Part shown: in pieces, positions 1-11,705 of the stretch
Layout of the letters: each line of letters opens with the position of its first letter
Position numbering within the stretch: position 1 is the stretch's first letter
Source of the DNA: Opitutia bacterium
GTDB lineage: Bacteria > Verrucomicrobiota > Verrucomicrobiia > Opitutales > T3Sed10-336
Length of the DNA stretch: 64,000 nt
Direction of reading: 5' to 3'
Assembly (NCBI GenBank): GCA_050506795.1
Contig: JBJHCF010000005.1
Coordinates: 64,001-128,000, forward strand
Program-made: the position numbers and the translations under genes
The notes under the pieces: generated by a model
The model's input: only the letters and a program-made list of their open reading frames with translations
Database searches by the model: none
What the model was told of the DNA's origin: nothing

Positions 1-1
1 G

Positions 2-1180
2 CGCCTTAAGGAAGAAGCGGAGAAAGCCAAAATCGCGCTCTCCTCCGCCCAGTCCGTCGATATTAACCTGCCGTTTATCACGGCCGATGCCACCGGGCCG
101 AAGCACCTCAACGTCACGCTCACCCGCTCGAAATTCAATCAGATCTGCGACCATCTGTTCGATCGCACGGTGGCGCCCTTCAAACACTGTCTCAAGGATG
201 CCGGTTATTCCGCATCGGATATTGATGAACTCGTTCTGGTCGGTGGAATGACCCGTGCTCCCCGCACGGTGGAGATCGCCCACGAATTGGCCGGCAAGGA
301 ACCGCACAAAGGAGTCAACCCGGATGAAGTCGTTTCGGTGGGGGCGGCGATTCAAGGGGCGGTGCTTTCCGGTGACATGAAAGATGTGTTGTTGCTGGAT
401 GTGACCCCGTTGACGCTCGGCATCGAAACCGCCGGCGGAGTGTGCACGGCGATGATTCCCCGAAACACCACCATCCCGACCAAAAAGTCGCAGGTGTTTT
501 CCACTTACGGCGACAATCAGCCCTCGGTGGAAATCAAGGTGTTGCAGGGCGAACGGCCGATGGCCAACGACAACAAGGTGCTGGGAACCTTCCACCTCGA
601 CGGCATCCCACCGGCCCCTCGGGGAATTCCCCAGATCGAGGTGACGTTCGACATCGACGCCAACGGGATTCTCAACGTTTCCGCCAAGGACAAGGGAACG
701 GGTAAAGATCAGTCGATCACCATTACCGATGCCGGCGGCCTGAGCGAGGACGAAGTCGAGCGGATGCGCAAGGACGCCGAATCTCATGCCGAAGAAGACC
801 TCAAGCGCAAGGAGGCGGTGGAAGTGAAGAACCAGCTCGATTCGCTGGTTTATCAGACCGAAAAGCAACTCAAAGAGCTCGGTGAAAAGATCCCCGCGGA
901 AAAGAAGAAACCGTTGGAGGACGCAATCGCCGAGGCCAAATCGGCATTGGAATCCGCGGACCACGACAAGATGAAAAAAGCTCTGGAAGGGCTGAATGCG
1001 GCCATGTCCGCCGTAGCTACCGACCTTTACAGCCAAGCGGGGCAGGAAGGCGCGGCCGGCCCGCAGGCCGAAGATGCGGCTTCATCCGGCGCCGCCGCCG
1101 ACCAGGGTCAGGATGGCAAGGATGACGTGGTGGATGCCGATTTCGAAGTTGTTGACGACGAAGACAAGAAAAAGGGCTAA
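2..1180 (+). CDS. dnaK: Chaperone DnaK, C-terminal part (5' end outside window)
   Basis: Frame open from base 2 ([14 protein letters not shown]); motifs [66 protein letters not shown] tail. Confidence 0.98.
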   Translation, partial: RLKEEAEKAKIALSSAQSVDINLPFITADATGPKHLNVTLTRSKFNQICDHLFDRTVAPFKHCLKDAGYSASDIDELVLVGGMTRAPRTVEIAHELAGKEPHKGVNPDEVVSVGAAIQGAVLSGDMKDVLLLDVTPLTLGIETAGGVCTAMIPRNTTIPTKKSQVFSTYGDNQPSVEIKVLQGERPMANDNKVLGTFHLDGIPPAPRGIPQIEVTFDIDANGILNVSAKDKGTGKDQSITITDAGGLSEDEVERMRKDAESHAEEDLKRKEAVEVKNQLDSLVYQTEKQLKELGEKIPAEKKKPLEDAIAEAKSALESADHDKMKKALEGLNAAMSAVATDLYSQAGQEGAAGPQAEDAASSGAAADQGQDGKDDVVDADFEVVDDEDKKKG

Positions 1181-1189
1181 CAGATTTCG

Positions 1190-1219
1190 AGGCGGTGGAG
1201 TTCCGGCTTTCGCCGCCTT
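1190..1219 (+). terminator. Intergenic stem-loop between dnaK and groES (weak terminator or mRNA stabiliser)
   Basis: aggcggtggag...ctttcgccgcct imperfect inverted repeat just after the dnaK stop; no U-tract. Confidence 0.35.
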
Positions 1220-1267
1220 CACTGATAAACCTTAACCTAAACCAATACAAAACGATAACCATCGAGT

Positions 1268-1582
1268 ATGAGTAAGACAAAAACAGTCAGTGTGAGCATC
1301 AAGCCGCTTGGGGACAGGGTTCTCATCAAGCACCTTGAAGCTGAGGACGAGCAGACCCAAGGGGGTATCATTATTCCCGATACCGCCAAGGAAAAGCCGC
1401 AAGAGGCCGAGGTGGTCGCTTTGGGCACAGGCAAAAAAGACGAGGACGGCAAGGCCCAATCCTTCGATGTGAAGGTGGGCGACAAGGTCATCGTCTCCAA
1501 ATACGGGGGTACCGAAGTCAAGCTTGACGGCGAAAAGTACCTGCTCGTTCGCGAGGACGACATTCTTGCGGTCATCTCCTGA
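1268..1582 (+). CDS. groES: Co-chaperonin GroES
   Basis: [35 protein letters not shown]; directly upstream of groEL. Confidence 0.98.
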   Translation: MSKTKTVSVSIKPLGDRVLIKHLEAEDEQTQGGIIIPDTAKEKPQEAEVVALGTGKKDEDGKAQSFDVKVGDKVIVSKYGGTEVKLDGEKYLLVREDDILAVIS

Positions 1583-1620
1583 ACGCACCAAACCTTAACC
1601 ACTTAGAGTAACAGAGCATT

Positions 1621-3270
<1,650 letters not shown>

Positions 3271-3310
3271 ATCGTCCGTTCGTATTCCAAGCGCACGAAT
3301 CGCTTACACC

Positions 3311-3346
3311 AAGGCGCTCCTTCCGACGAAGGAGCGCCTTTTGTTT
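3311..3346 (+). terminator. Rho-independent terminator of the chaperone operon
   Basis: Perfect 13-bp stem aaggcgctccttc-cgac-gaaggagcgcctt followed by ttgttt. Confidence 0.9.
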
Positions 3347-3396
3347 GCCGGCGAAAGCGGGCGGTACCGGAAACGGGGTTCCGCGGGGGGGCGGAT

Positions 3397-4224
3397 TCAC
3401 AACAGTCCGGCTTCTTTAAAGCTGTAAAACCCCTTTTGATGGGGGTCGTGGTGTTCGTCCCCGATGATGATGTGATCGAGCAATTCGATGGAAACGGTTT
3501 TCCCGGCTTCCCGCAATTGCCGGGTTACCTGGATATCGGCGCTGCTTGGCGAGGGGTCGCCGCTGGGGTGATTGTGCACTCCGATGAGCGACAGGGCGCC
3601 GCTTCGAATCGCTTCTCGAAAGACTTCCCTCGGATGCACCAGGCTGCTGCTGGCGGTGCCGGAGGTGACTTCGCATCGTTTGATCAGGCGGTTCTTCCGG
3701 TTGAGACAGAGCACCCAGAATTTCTCCACCTCCAAACCCGCGGTGAGGGGACGCAGGTACTGGAAGACCAGTTCCGGGCTGTTGAGCAGCGGCTGGAACC
3801 CGTTTTTCTGCACCAGCACCCGGCGGGCGATTTCCATCACGGTGATAAGTTGGAGTGCTTTTACCTTACCGATGCCCTTGAGTTGCATGAAATCGGACTC
3901 GGTCCACTTGATCAGGTCGGATATGGAACCCGCTTGCGAGATTATGTGGGAGGCCAACGACATCACGTCGAGATCGCGGCTGCCGCAGCGCAGCAGCATG
4001 GCAACGAGCTCACTGTCGCTCAGCGATGCCGGACCGTGTTTTTCCAGTCGCTCCTGAGGACGCTCGTTGACCGCGAGATCGCGCAGCCGCACGCAACGAT
4101 AGGTTTCATTGACGGCCGGTTCGTGACCGGAAGAAGGGGGTGTCTGCGGGGTAGGCACAAAAAGAGATATTTCGGGTTTCCGGCGGGGAGACGAGGAAAA
4201 AGTGCAAGAAGTCTGTGTGGGCAA
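3397..4224 (-). CDS. radC: RadC (JAB/MPN) family protein; true start probably ~110 nt inside the ORF
   Basis: ERPQERLEKHGPASLSDSELVAMLL, HhH KGIGKVKA, VHPREVF, HNHPSGDPSPSSAD, LLDHIIIG. Confidence 0.93.
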   Translation of the reverse strand: MPTQTSCTFSSSPRRKPEISLFVPTPQTPPSSGHEPAVNETYRCVRLRDLAVNERPQERLEKHGPASLSDSELVAMLLRCGSRDLDVMSLASHIISQAGSISDLIKWTESDFMQLKGIGKVKALQLITVMEIARRVLVQKNGFQPLLNSPELVFQYLRPLTAGLEVEKFWVLCLNRKNRLIKRCEVTSGTASSSLVHPREVFREAIRSGALSLIGVHNHPSGDPSPSSADIQVTRQLREAGKTVSIELLDHIIIGDEHHDPHQKGFYSFKEAGLL

Positions 4225-4417
4225 AAAACACCAATTTTGCCGGATAAGTGGACCGAACTGGCGATTGGCATGCGCGATGCGAAACGGATGTTATTCGTTT
4301 GTTTAACCGCAACACTGGAACGGAGGAGAAGAATTTGCAGGAAATTGGAGCAGTTGGCGTGTTAAATTTGCAACAAAAACGGAATCTTCCGGTGAATATA
4401 GGCTTGATTATTTAATC

Positions 4418-4433
4418 TGGCACGCTTTTAGCT
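4418..4433 (+). promoter_or_regulatory. Sigma-54 (-24/-12) promoter candidate
   Basis: TGGCACGcttttaGCT with exact GG-N10-GC spacing, ~40-70 nt upstream of the TorF-like gene start. Confidence 0.65.
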
Positions 4434-4471
4434 AAGGTATGACTTAATATTGGCTGGTTGAACTGTGGCCA

Positions 4472-5215
4472 ATGTTAAAAACCACTACAAACAAGAGCAC
4501 GATGATGAAAAAAACACTATTGAAAAGCCTGGCGGCTGCGACCGTTTTTGCCGGAAGCACAGTGGCCTATGGGCAGTTGACGCCGGAGGACATAACCGTT
4601 GATACCGAGTTTGCGTTCGAGTCCGAATATTCTTTTCGTGGCTCCAAGCTGGGTGGCCCCAGCATGCAGCCCGGGATGGAGATCGGGGTAAAGGACGCCT
4701 ACTTCGGCACCTGGATGTCCATGCCGTTGTCGCGTGGACCCGGGGCCGGCGATAATGAAGTCGATTTTTATGTCGGCTACGTTTTCACGCTGAATGAAAT
4801 GGTGGAGCTTGATATCGGTTACACCTATTACTGGTATCCGGAAGGCGGCAGCGACCGTGAGCCTTTTATCGGGGCGGCGTTTGATGTATTTCTCGATCCG
4901 GCGTTGTACCTTTTTTATGAGACCGAAAGTGAGACTTTCACTCTGGAACTCTCCGGCGGCTACGCCTTTGATCTGGAAGAGATGGGCCTTGCTGGATTTG
5001 AACTCGACCTGGGGGCCTACGTGGGTTTGATCGCCGATACCGATGAAGAAGAGGAATGGGTCTACTACGGCCTGTCCGCGGACATCGTTTATGCGCTGAA
5101 CGAGGTGACTTCCTTCTCGATCGGAGCTCGTTTTGCCGGCAACAGCGACGACGCCCTGGGTGGTGAGCCTCAGCATCAGCTCTGGTGGGGAACGGCGGTC
5201 AGCATGGCGTTCTAA
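4472..5215 (+). CDS. Outer-membrane beta-barrel, TorF/TIGR02001-like putative porin (start may be the MMKK at ~4502)
   Basis: Signal peptide MKKTLLKSLAAATVFAGS, SEYSFRG, EVDFYVGY, DIGYTYYWYP, alternating beta pattern, terminal Phe. Confidence 0.75.
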   Translation: MLKTTTNKSTMMKKTLLKSLAAATVFAGSTVAYGQLTPEDITVDTEFAFESEYSFRGSKLGGPSMQPGMEIGVKDAYFGTWMSMPLSRGPGAGDNEVDFYVGYVFTLNEMVELDIGYTYYWYPEGGSDREPFIGAAFDVFLDPALYLFYETESETFTLELSGGYAFDLEEMGLAGFELDLGAYVGLIADTDEEEEWVYYGLSADIVYALNEVTSFSIGARFAGNSDDALGGEPQHQLWWGTAVSMAF

Positions 5216-5267
5216 GTCGCCTTCTGACGCATAATTTCCAACCCGATTTTGGGATGGTTTGATGGTT

Positions 5268-5306
5268 GACGCCCGTTTCTCCGCAGGGGGGACGGGCGTC
5301 TCATTT
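5268..5306 (+). terminator. Probable terminator hairpin
   Basis: gacgcccgt...acgggcgtc inverted repeat followed by tcattt. Confidence 0.55.
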
Positions 5307-5349
5307 GTGATCGCTTGCCAGGGGGCGGGATAGAGTCACAATAAGGGTT

Positions 5350-6168
5350 ATGGACCAAAAAAGAGGAGATTACACGGAAAGGGAAGCCCATATCGATCCG
5401 CTCAAAGGAACCTACCACGATAACATTGTCGACAATCCTCTGGTGCTGAAGAGCCTGGAGGCCAAAGACACGGCGCTTCTCGTAATTGACATGCAGTATC
5501 TCGATGCGTCGGAAGGGCATGGGGTGTTTGCGGACGTGAACACGTCGGGAGTGCGTCCGGAGGATGCGCGGTATTATTTCGATCAGTTAAAGACCAAGGT
5601 TATTCCCAATATCGCCCGCCTGCAAAAGGCTTTTCGCAACCACGGGATGGAGGTTATTCATACCAGGATTCAGGCATTGACCCGTGATGGGCGTGATCGC
5701 AGTGCCGGCCATAAACGTTTGGGTTTGCTGGCCACGCCGGGATCGAAGGAGGCGGAATTTTTGCCGGAAGTCGCTCCTGTGGGTGATGAAATCGTCATCA
5801 ACAAGACCGCGAGCGGGGTCTTCCCGACGACCAATCTTTATTACGTTCTCAGAAACATGGGTATCAATGCCCTGTTTGTGACGGGGGTCTACAGCAATGA
5901 ATGCGTTTCCAGTACCATCCGGGGCGCCTGCGACATTGGGTTTCATGTGACAATGATCGATGACGGTTGTACCACCGTGACTCCCGAGTTGCACGAATTC
6001 ACGGTGGCCACTTTGCGGGACCGTTATTGCCGTGTGATCAATACGGATCAGGCCATCGAGGAGATCGGAAAGTACGTGCACGATCCTGCGAAGCGGAAGA
6101 TCGCCACTCTGGTTCCCGAGGACCGGATTTACGACGGTTTGACTTCAGAGGAGCGGAAAGAGGCATGA
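5350..6168 (+). CDS. Isochorismatase-family cysteine hydrolase
   Basis: ALLVIDMQ (Asp), INKTAS (Lys), TGVYSNECVSST (Cys) triad. Confidence 0.88.
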   Translation: MDQKRGDYTEREAHIDPLKGTYHDNIVDNPLVLKSLEAKDTALLVIDMQYLDASEGHGVFADVNTSGVRPEDARYYFDQLKTKVIPNIARLQKAFRNHGMEVIHTRIQALTRDGRDRSAGHKRLGLLATPGSKEAEFLPEVAPVGDEIVINKTASGVFPTTNLYYVLRNMGINALFVTGVYSNECVSSTIRGACDIGFHVTMIDDGCTTVTPELHEFTVATLRDRYCRVINTDQAIEEIGKYVHDPAKRKIATLVPEDRIYDGLTSEERKEA

Positions 6169-6237
6169 TGCTTTGGCGTGACGCGATTGTGAGCGATTCC
6201 GTAGCCGATTGCCTGTTGTTGACTGGGTGAGGAGCGC

Positions 6238-7044
6238 ATGGCCAGGCGTTTGCATAACCTTTTATTGATCGTGTTCACGGTTTGGTTCGCCGTGGGATTC
6301 TTTATCGTGGCGGGCAATCTGTCCACGCCGTTTGACCGTCTGGGAGACTTTGTTTTCATGCTCCTGGGCGCGATGCTGGTCTTTGTCTCCTGGGTGCGGT
6401 TTTATGGGCTCGGCCGAACCACGGTCGCTTTTCTAACCGTAAGCCTGCTCGCTTTTGCGACCGAGGCGTCCGGGATGACATGGGGTTTTCCTTTCGGTCA
6501 GTATTCTTATACGGAGAATTTCGGGCCGTTGCTGCCTCCGGGTGTTCCCGCGGCTATTCCATTGGCCTGGTGGGTGATCGTGGGCGGCCTGTTCCTCGCC
6601 TTTGATTATACTCTTTTCGGCCTGGGGACCAGCGATGCGTTCAATCGAATTATTCTGGTATTTCTTACGGCGTCGTTGGCGACCGGGATCGACTTTGTCC
6701 TCGAACCGGTCGCGGTCCATGTACGCGGGTATTGGTATTGGGAAAGCGGGGACTTTTACTACGGAGTTCCGCTCGGAAATTTTGCATCCTGGTTTGCCGT
6801 GGCCGCGATAATGGGGGTCCTCCTCGGATTTTTCACCCGACACAAGGGCCGCCGACAGGTGAGGGCGCGGCCCCGGGTATGGGTTTGCCCGGGGGTAATC
6901 CTGGCGATTCTCGTGATGTTTTCCTCGGCGAATGCGGTGGCCGGATTCCGCCTGGCCGCTGTAATCGGCGCCTGTGCGATCCTGCTGTGCGCGTTGCTGA
7001 TGATCGCGCTCTGGCGATTGGAGAGGCGGAATTTTCGTTTGTGA
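6238..7044 (+). CDS. CruF/DUF422-like carotenoid biosynthesis membrane protein
   Basis: Multi-TM; E..G...GFPFGQYSYT, GVP..IPLAW, DFVLEPVA, YWYW, YYGVPLGNFASWF. Confidence 0.75.
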   Translation: MARRLHNLLLIVFTVWFAVGFFIVAGNLSTPFDRLGDFVFMLLGAMLVFVSWVRFYGLGRTTVAFLTVSLLAFATEASGMTWGFPFGQYSYTENFGPLLPPGVPAAIPLAWWVIVGGLFLAFDYTLFGLGTSDAFNRIILVFLTASLATGIDFVLEPVAVHVRGYWYWESGDFYYGVPLGNFASWFAVAAIMGVLLGFFTRHKGRRQVRARPRVWVCPGVILAILVMFSSANAVAGFRLAAVIGACAILLCALLMIALWRLERRNFRL

Positions 7045-7053
7045 AAAAGGGGG

Positions 7054-7584
7054 CTAGGACGCGATCGATTCCAGCTTTTCGGGGTTGAAAAAGGAGTAGA
7101 AGATATAAAGGGCGACGCCTACGCAGATCGCGCTGTCGGCGACGTTGAATGCGGGCCAGGCGAAGGTCCCGAAGCGAAAATCGAGGAAATCGATCACATG
7201 GCCGTGTGCGATTCGGTCGATCAGGTTTCCCAGGATGCCGCCGCAGAGGAAGCCGAAGCTGATCTGCCCGATCCTTGAGCGCAGGCCGAGATGATGCCGA
7301 AGGCGATAGATGGCATACAGGGCAATCACTGCGAGAACGGCCAACCAGAAGCTTCTGCCCTGAAAGATTCCCCAGGCCGCGCCGGTATTTCCCCAGTGCA
7401 CGATGTAGAAAAACCCGTTGATCACCTCGATCCGTTCGGTCTCGAAAGCGACGGTGAAGTAGACCCAGAGTTTGGTGAACTGGTCCAGGACCAGCGTTGC
7501 CACCCCCAGCGCGAAAAGGGTGCGGTATTGGCCCATTCGATTCATTAGCCAACCCGCGCGAACGGGAAATAGATCTTGGCGCAC
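7054..7584 (-). CDS. lspA: Lipoprotein signal peptidase II
   Basis: LDQFTK, NTGAAWG, GNLIDR, VIDFL, FNVADSAI. Confidence 0.96.
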   Translation of the reverse strand: MRQDLFPVRAGWLMNRMGQYRTLFALGVATLVLDQFTKLWVYFTVAFETERIEVINGFFYIVHWGNTGAAWGIFQGRSFWLAVLAVIALYAIYRLRHHLGLRSRIGQISFGFLCGGILGNLIDRIAHGHVIDFLDFRFGTFAWPAFNVADSAICVGVALYIFYSFFNPEKLESIAS

Positions 7585-7600
7585 GTTCCGTGAATTGACG

Positions 7601-8692
7601 TTACTCGTCCGGGTCTTCGGTCAGAAACTCACCGCCGTCGCTTCCAGAATCGAGATAGGCGCCTCCACGCTGCGAAGGACGCCGTTGGGTTTTCTCGAAT
7701 TCCACCTGCCCCTCAATGGAGTAACGGGCGAAAGGAACAGCCATGAGACGCTCTTTGGCGATCGGCTTCCCGGTGATTTCGCAAACGCCGTAGGTGCCCT
7801 TGTGGATACGTTCGATGGCGGCTTCGATTTCCGAAAGCGCTTCCTGCTCGGTGGATACCAGGCTAAGCGCGAAATCACGGTCGAAGGAATCGGTTCCATC
7901 GTCGGCCATGTGCTGTCCATAGCCGGAGAGGTTGCCGCTATCTTCCTTGGTGGAACGTTTCAAGGTATCTTTCGTGTGCAGGTCCAGCTCGGACAGGACG
8001 TGTTCCCGGAGTTCCTGGAGCATGGAGAAATAGCGTTGATGCTTTTTCGGCACGTCCTTCTTTTGCTCCTCCAACGGGTTGGAGGAATCGTTGGGATTGC
8101 GTCCAAGGATGTCCGCCAGAGAGGCGGCGCCCAACACTCGAGCCGCCGGTTTCGGTTCATGCGAATCGGCGCTTTTCTTGGTTGCGGGCAGGGGCTCGGT
8201 GGCTGCTTGCTTGGAAACAGGTTCTCCGGCCGGACGCTTGGGTGGGGCTACGTCGGCGGTTTTTGAGCGGTTCTGAGCGATCTTCCGGGCTTCCTCCAGC
8301 GAGAATGCAATGGGCCGGGATTTTGTTGCGGGAACGCGTGGTGCCGAACCCTTCTCCCGGGAACTCCTTTTGGGAGGAGATGCCTTCGCCGGCGATTCGC
8401 CTTTTGCCTCTGAAGCGGCCTCCTTTTGTGTGGCGGCGCTGACGGTCTTTTTGCTCGCCGTAGCTTTTTTGTCCGTTGATGCGGATTTTTTCTTCGCACC
8501 GGCTTTCTTTTTGTTGGAGGACGTCGGTTTCTTCACAGAAGCTGTTTTCTTGGTTTTTGGTGCCTTCGCTGAAGACGGTTTTTTTGCGTTCCCCTGCCGG
8601 GATGACGCTGATTTTGGTTTGCTGGAAGTTGTCTTTTTGGCGGCCGCCTTTTTTCCGGTGGCGTCTTTTCGCGGTGTCTTTTTTGTAGTCAT
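7601..8692 (-). CDS. TraR/DksA family protein with long Lys/Ala/Ser-rich N-terminal extension
   Basis: HMADDGTDSFDRDF, EIEAAIERIHKGTYGVCEITGKPIAKERLMAVPFARY; start chosen at MTTKK (8692), just after the ileS stop. Confidence 0.85.
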   Translation of the reverse strand: MTTKKTPRKDATGKKAAAKKTTSSKPKSASSRQGNAKKPSSAKAPKTKKTASVKKPTSSNKKKAGAKKKSASTDKKATASKKTVSAATQKEAASEAKGESPAKASPPKRSSREKGSAPRVPATKSRPIAFSLEEARKIAQNRSKTADVAPPKRPAGEPVSKQAATEPLPATKKSADSHEPKPAARVLGAASLADILGRNPNDSSNPLEEQKKDVPKKHQRYFSMLQELREHVLSELDLHTKDTLKRSTKEDSGNLSGYGQHMADDGTDSFDRDFALSLVSTEQEALSEIEAAIERIHKGTYGVCEITGKPIAKERLMAVPFARYSIEGQVEFEKTQRRPSQRGGAYLDSGSDGGEFLTEDPDE

Positions 8693-8708
8693 CGCATTCA
8701 GAATTTGG

Positions 8709-11504
8709 TTACGGGGATGAATCGATTGCCTCGGAACAGCGGGGACAGAGGTCTCCGACTTCCGCTTTTGCACTCAATTCGGGAACCCATCGCCAGCAGC
8801 GTGGGCAGCGGAGGCCCTCGGCGTGGGAAACTTCGATTTTGAGTGAGTCGGCGGTATGCGAATCCAGTGAGACCGCGGAGACGATGAAAAGTTCAGGCAA
8901 AAATGTCTCGTATTGGCGCAGCAAGCGATGCTGTTCGGATTCGGAAGGCACGGTCAGCTTGACCGCGGCCTCGAGAGACTTGCCGATCTCTTTCTTCTGT
9001 CGCGCGACTTCCAGTTGCTCAAGAACCCCGGTCCGGATCGCAAAAAGGTTTTCCAGGTCGGAGACGATTTCCGGGTTGCGCCATTCCTCGGCTGCGACCG
9101 GCCAGTCTTCGAGGTGAATGGGCTTGTCGAGGAAATCCTGGTTCCCGAACGCGTGGGCCCAGGCCTCATCCGCGGTAAAGGTCAGGATGGGAGCCAGAAC
9201 GCGAGCCAGCGAGCGGAAAATCTCGTGCACCGCGGTTTGCGAGGACCGTCGAAGGGGATCGTTCGGGCCCAGGGTGTAGAGGCGATCCTTCAGAATGTCG
9301 TGGTAGGTCGCGGACAGCGTGGTGGTGCAGAATTGATTGCAGAGCTGGTAGACTCGCTGGAATTCGAAGGCGTCATAGGCGGCGGTAACCTGCCGGAGCA
9401 GGTCGGCCGTTTTCGCCAGCGCCCAGCGGTCCACCGCGTCGAGGGACGGGTAGGAAACCGCGTCGATCCGGGGATCGAAATCGAAAAGATTCGAAACCTG
9501 AAACCGCAGAGTGTTGCGCAAACCGCGGTAGGCGTCGCCCACATGCCCGAGGATTTCATCGGAGATGGGAGCGTCGTTTCGAAGGTCGATGGACGCCACC
9601 CAGAGCCGGATGATGTCGGCTCCGAACCGGTCGAGATAGGTTTGCGCGGTTTGCGGTTTCCCGTCGCTCTTACTCAGTTTACGGCCGTCCTGACCGACGA
9701 CGAAACCGTGGGTGAGCACTTTTTTGTACGGCGCGGTGCCTTCCGTTGCCACGGCTACCCAAAGCGAAGATTGGAACCAGCCGCGATGCTGGTCGCTGCC
9801 CTCCAGGTAGAGATCCGCCGGCCAGCTCAGTTCCGGGCGTTTCCGGAGGACCGCGAGGTGGCTGGCACCGGAATCGATCCAAACATCCAGGGTATCCGCT
9901 CCCTTTTGCAGCACTTTGCCCTGCCACTCGGGCGGGAACTCGATCCGACTGAGAATCTGCTCAGCGCTTTCCTCAAACCAGAACTGAGTGCCTTCCTTTT
10001 CCGTGCGGTCGGCGACCGCGCGGATAATCCCGGCGTCGAGCACCGGCATGTTGGAGACTTTATCGTAGAAGGCGGGTATCGGTACGCCCCAGGAGCGTTG
10101 GCGACTGATGCACCAATCGGGGCGGTTTTCCACCGCGGCGCGAATGCGGGCCTCACCCCAATCCGGAATCCAGTCAACGGTGGAGATCGCTTCGAGCGCC
10201 TCCTTGCGCAAATCGTTCTTGCCCAGCGCCACGAACCACTGGTCCATAGCGCGGAATACGACCGGGGTCTTGGATCGCCAGCAATGCGGGTAACTGTGTT
10301 GAATCGACTTCGCTTTGAGCAGAGCCCCCTGCGCTTTCAGCATTTCCAGGACGCCCTCATTGGCCGCGCTGCGGCCGTCCACCTCCAGCACACTCAAGCC
10401 GGCCAGAGCGGCGGGCATTTCATCGTCGGCCATGAATTTGCCGTCGTCATCCACCGGGCAATATGGCGGCAGACCGTGCTCGAGACCGGTGTAGTAGTCG
10501 TCGAGTCCGTGGCCTGGGGCGATGTGTACGCAGCCGGTGCCGGATTCCGTGGTCACGTATTCGGCGGTCACCACCGGGCTCGAACGATCGATTAACGGGT
10601 GCCGGGTGACGAGTCCGAGCAGATGCGATCCGTCGAACTCACGGACAATCTTCCATTCATCGAAGCCGCAATCCGCCGCGAACCGTTCCGCCAGGGAGGC
10701 GGCGACGATAAAAGCTTCCGTGCCGGCCTGAACCAGGGCGTATTCGACATGGGGGTGGACGGCGATGGCCAGATTGGCGGGAAGGGTCCACGGGGTGGTG
10801 GTCCAGATCACCACCGAAACCGGCAGATCCGTTTCCAGGCGGGGATCCTCCGCAGCCGCGAACTTGACCCAGATGGCCGGACTGACGTGGTCGCGGTACT
10901 CGATTTCCGCTTCGGCGAGGGCGGTGCGGCAGGGGATGGACCAATACACCGGCTTCTTGTCCCGGTAGACCAGACCCTTTTCCACGAAGCAGGCGAAGGC
11001 GCGCAGGATCTCCGCCTCGTAGGCCGGGTCCATGGTTCGATAAGCATTGTCCCAATCGGCCAGAACCCCCATTCGCTCGAACTGTTCACGCTGGATTCCG
11101 ATGTAATGCTCGGCGAAGCGGGCACAGGCGGAACGGATTTCGGCGGGTGTCAGTTCTTTCTTTTCCTTCTGCAGGTCGCGGGCCACCTTGTGCTCGATCG
11201 GCAGTCCATGGCAATCCCATCCAGGCACGTAGGGAGCCCGGTAACCGCGCATCGACAGGTAGCGGGTCACCATATCCTTGGGGATCTTGTTCAGGGCATG
11301 TCCCATGTGCAGGTCGCCGTTGGTGAAGGGCGGGCCATCGTGCAGAATGTAGGCGGGCTTGTCCGCGTTCTTTTTCTGAATGGCGCCGTAAAGATCGAGA
11401 GACCGCCAGTGGGCGATGCGTTCGGGTTCGCGTTGCACCAACCGCGCCCTCATGGGAAAATCGGTTTTGGGCAAGTTGAGCGTGTCCTTCAGGTCCTTCA
11501 CCAT
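8709..11504 (-). CDS. ileS: Isoleucine--tRNA ligase (type 1)
   Basis: LHDGPPFTNGDLHMGH, GWDCHGLP, WTTTPWT, DWCISRQR, EGSDQHRGWF, KLSKS, CPRC..CPRC. Confidence 0.98.
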   Translation of the reverse strand: MVKDLKDTLNLPKTDFPMRARLVQREPERIAHWRSLDLYGAIQKKNADKPAYILHDGPPFTNGDLHMGHALNKIPKDMVTRYLSMRGYRAPYVPGWDCHGLPIEHKVARDLQKEKKELTPAEIRSACARFAEHYIGIQREQFERMGVLADWDNAYRTMDPAYEAEILRAFACFVEKGLVYRDKKPVYWSIPCRTALAEAEIEYRDHVSPAIWVKFAAAEDPRLETDLPVSVVIWTTTPWTLPANLAIAVHPHVEYALVQAGTEAFIVAASLAERFAADCGFDEWKIVREFDGSHLLGLVTRHPLIDRSSPVVTAEYVTTESGTGCVHIAPGHGLDDYYTGLEHGLPPYCPVDDDGKFMADDEMPAALAGLSVLEVDGRSAANEGVLEMLKAQGALLKAKSIQHSYPHCWRSKTPVVFRAMDQWFVALGKNDLRKEALEAISTVDWIPDWGEARIRAAVENRPDWCISRQRSWGVPIPAFYDKVSNMPVLDAGIIRAVADRTEKEGTQFWFEESAEQILSRIEFPPEWQGKVLQKGADTLDVWIDSGASHLAVLRKRPELSWPADLYLEGSDQHRGWFQSSLWVAVATEGTAPYKKVLTHGFVVGQDGRKLSKSDGKPQTAQTYLDRFGADIIRLWVASIDLRNDAPISDEILGHVGDAYRGLRNTLRFQVSNLFDFDPRIDAVSYPSLDAVDRWALAKTADLLRQVTAAYDAFEFQRVYQLCNQFCTTTLSATYHDILKDRLYTLGPNDPLRRSSQTAVHEIFRSLARVLAPILTFTADEAWAHAFGNQDFLDKPIHLEDWPVAAEEWRNPEIVSDLENLFAIRTGVLEQLEVARQKKEIGKSLEAAVKLTVPSESEQHRLLRQYETFLPELFIVSAVSLDSHTADSLKIEVSHAEGLRCPRCWRWVPELSAKAEVGDLCPRCSEAIDSSP

Positions 11505-11705
11505 TAGAAAAATAGCAGATCTGGCGTCCGCGCTGAATCGGTGTGCGCGCGACGTCTCTCCGTTGTCATAAAAACGGGCAATCGTACAGGTGCGGCCGGT
11601 GGACGCAACTTAATTCAGCCTTTTGCCGAGGCGAATTTAGGTCGGCCCGGTCCTGGCCCGGCCGCTGTTTTTTCTGTCCATGACCGGGATCCAGGCGATC
11701 CCGTT

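Noticed and set aside
3397..4224. radC as a marker of a mobile element
   Set aside because: Full-length chromosomal type with an HhH domain and no mobile genes nearby
11505..11705. T-box leader upstream of ileS
   Set aside because: No T-box consensus (GGTGGNACCGCG) found on the minus strand
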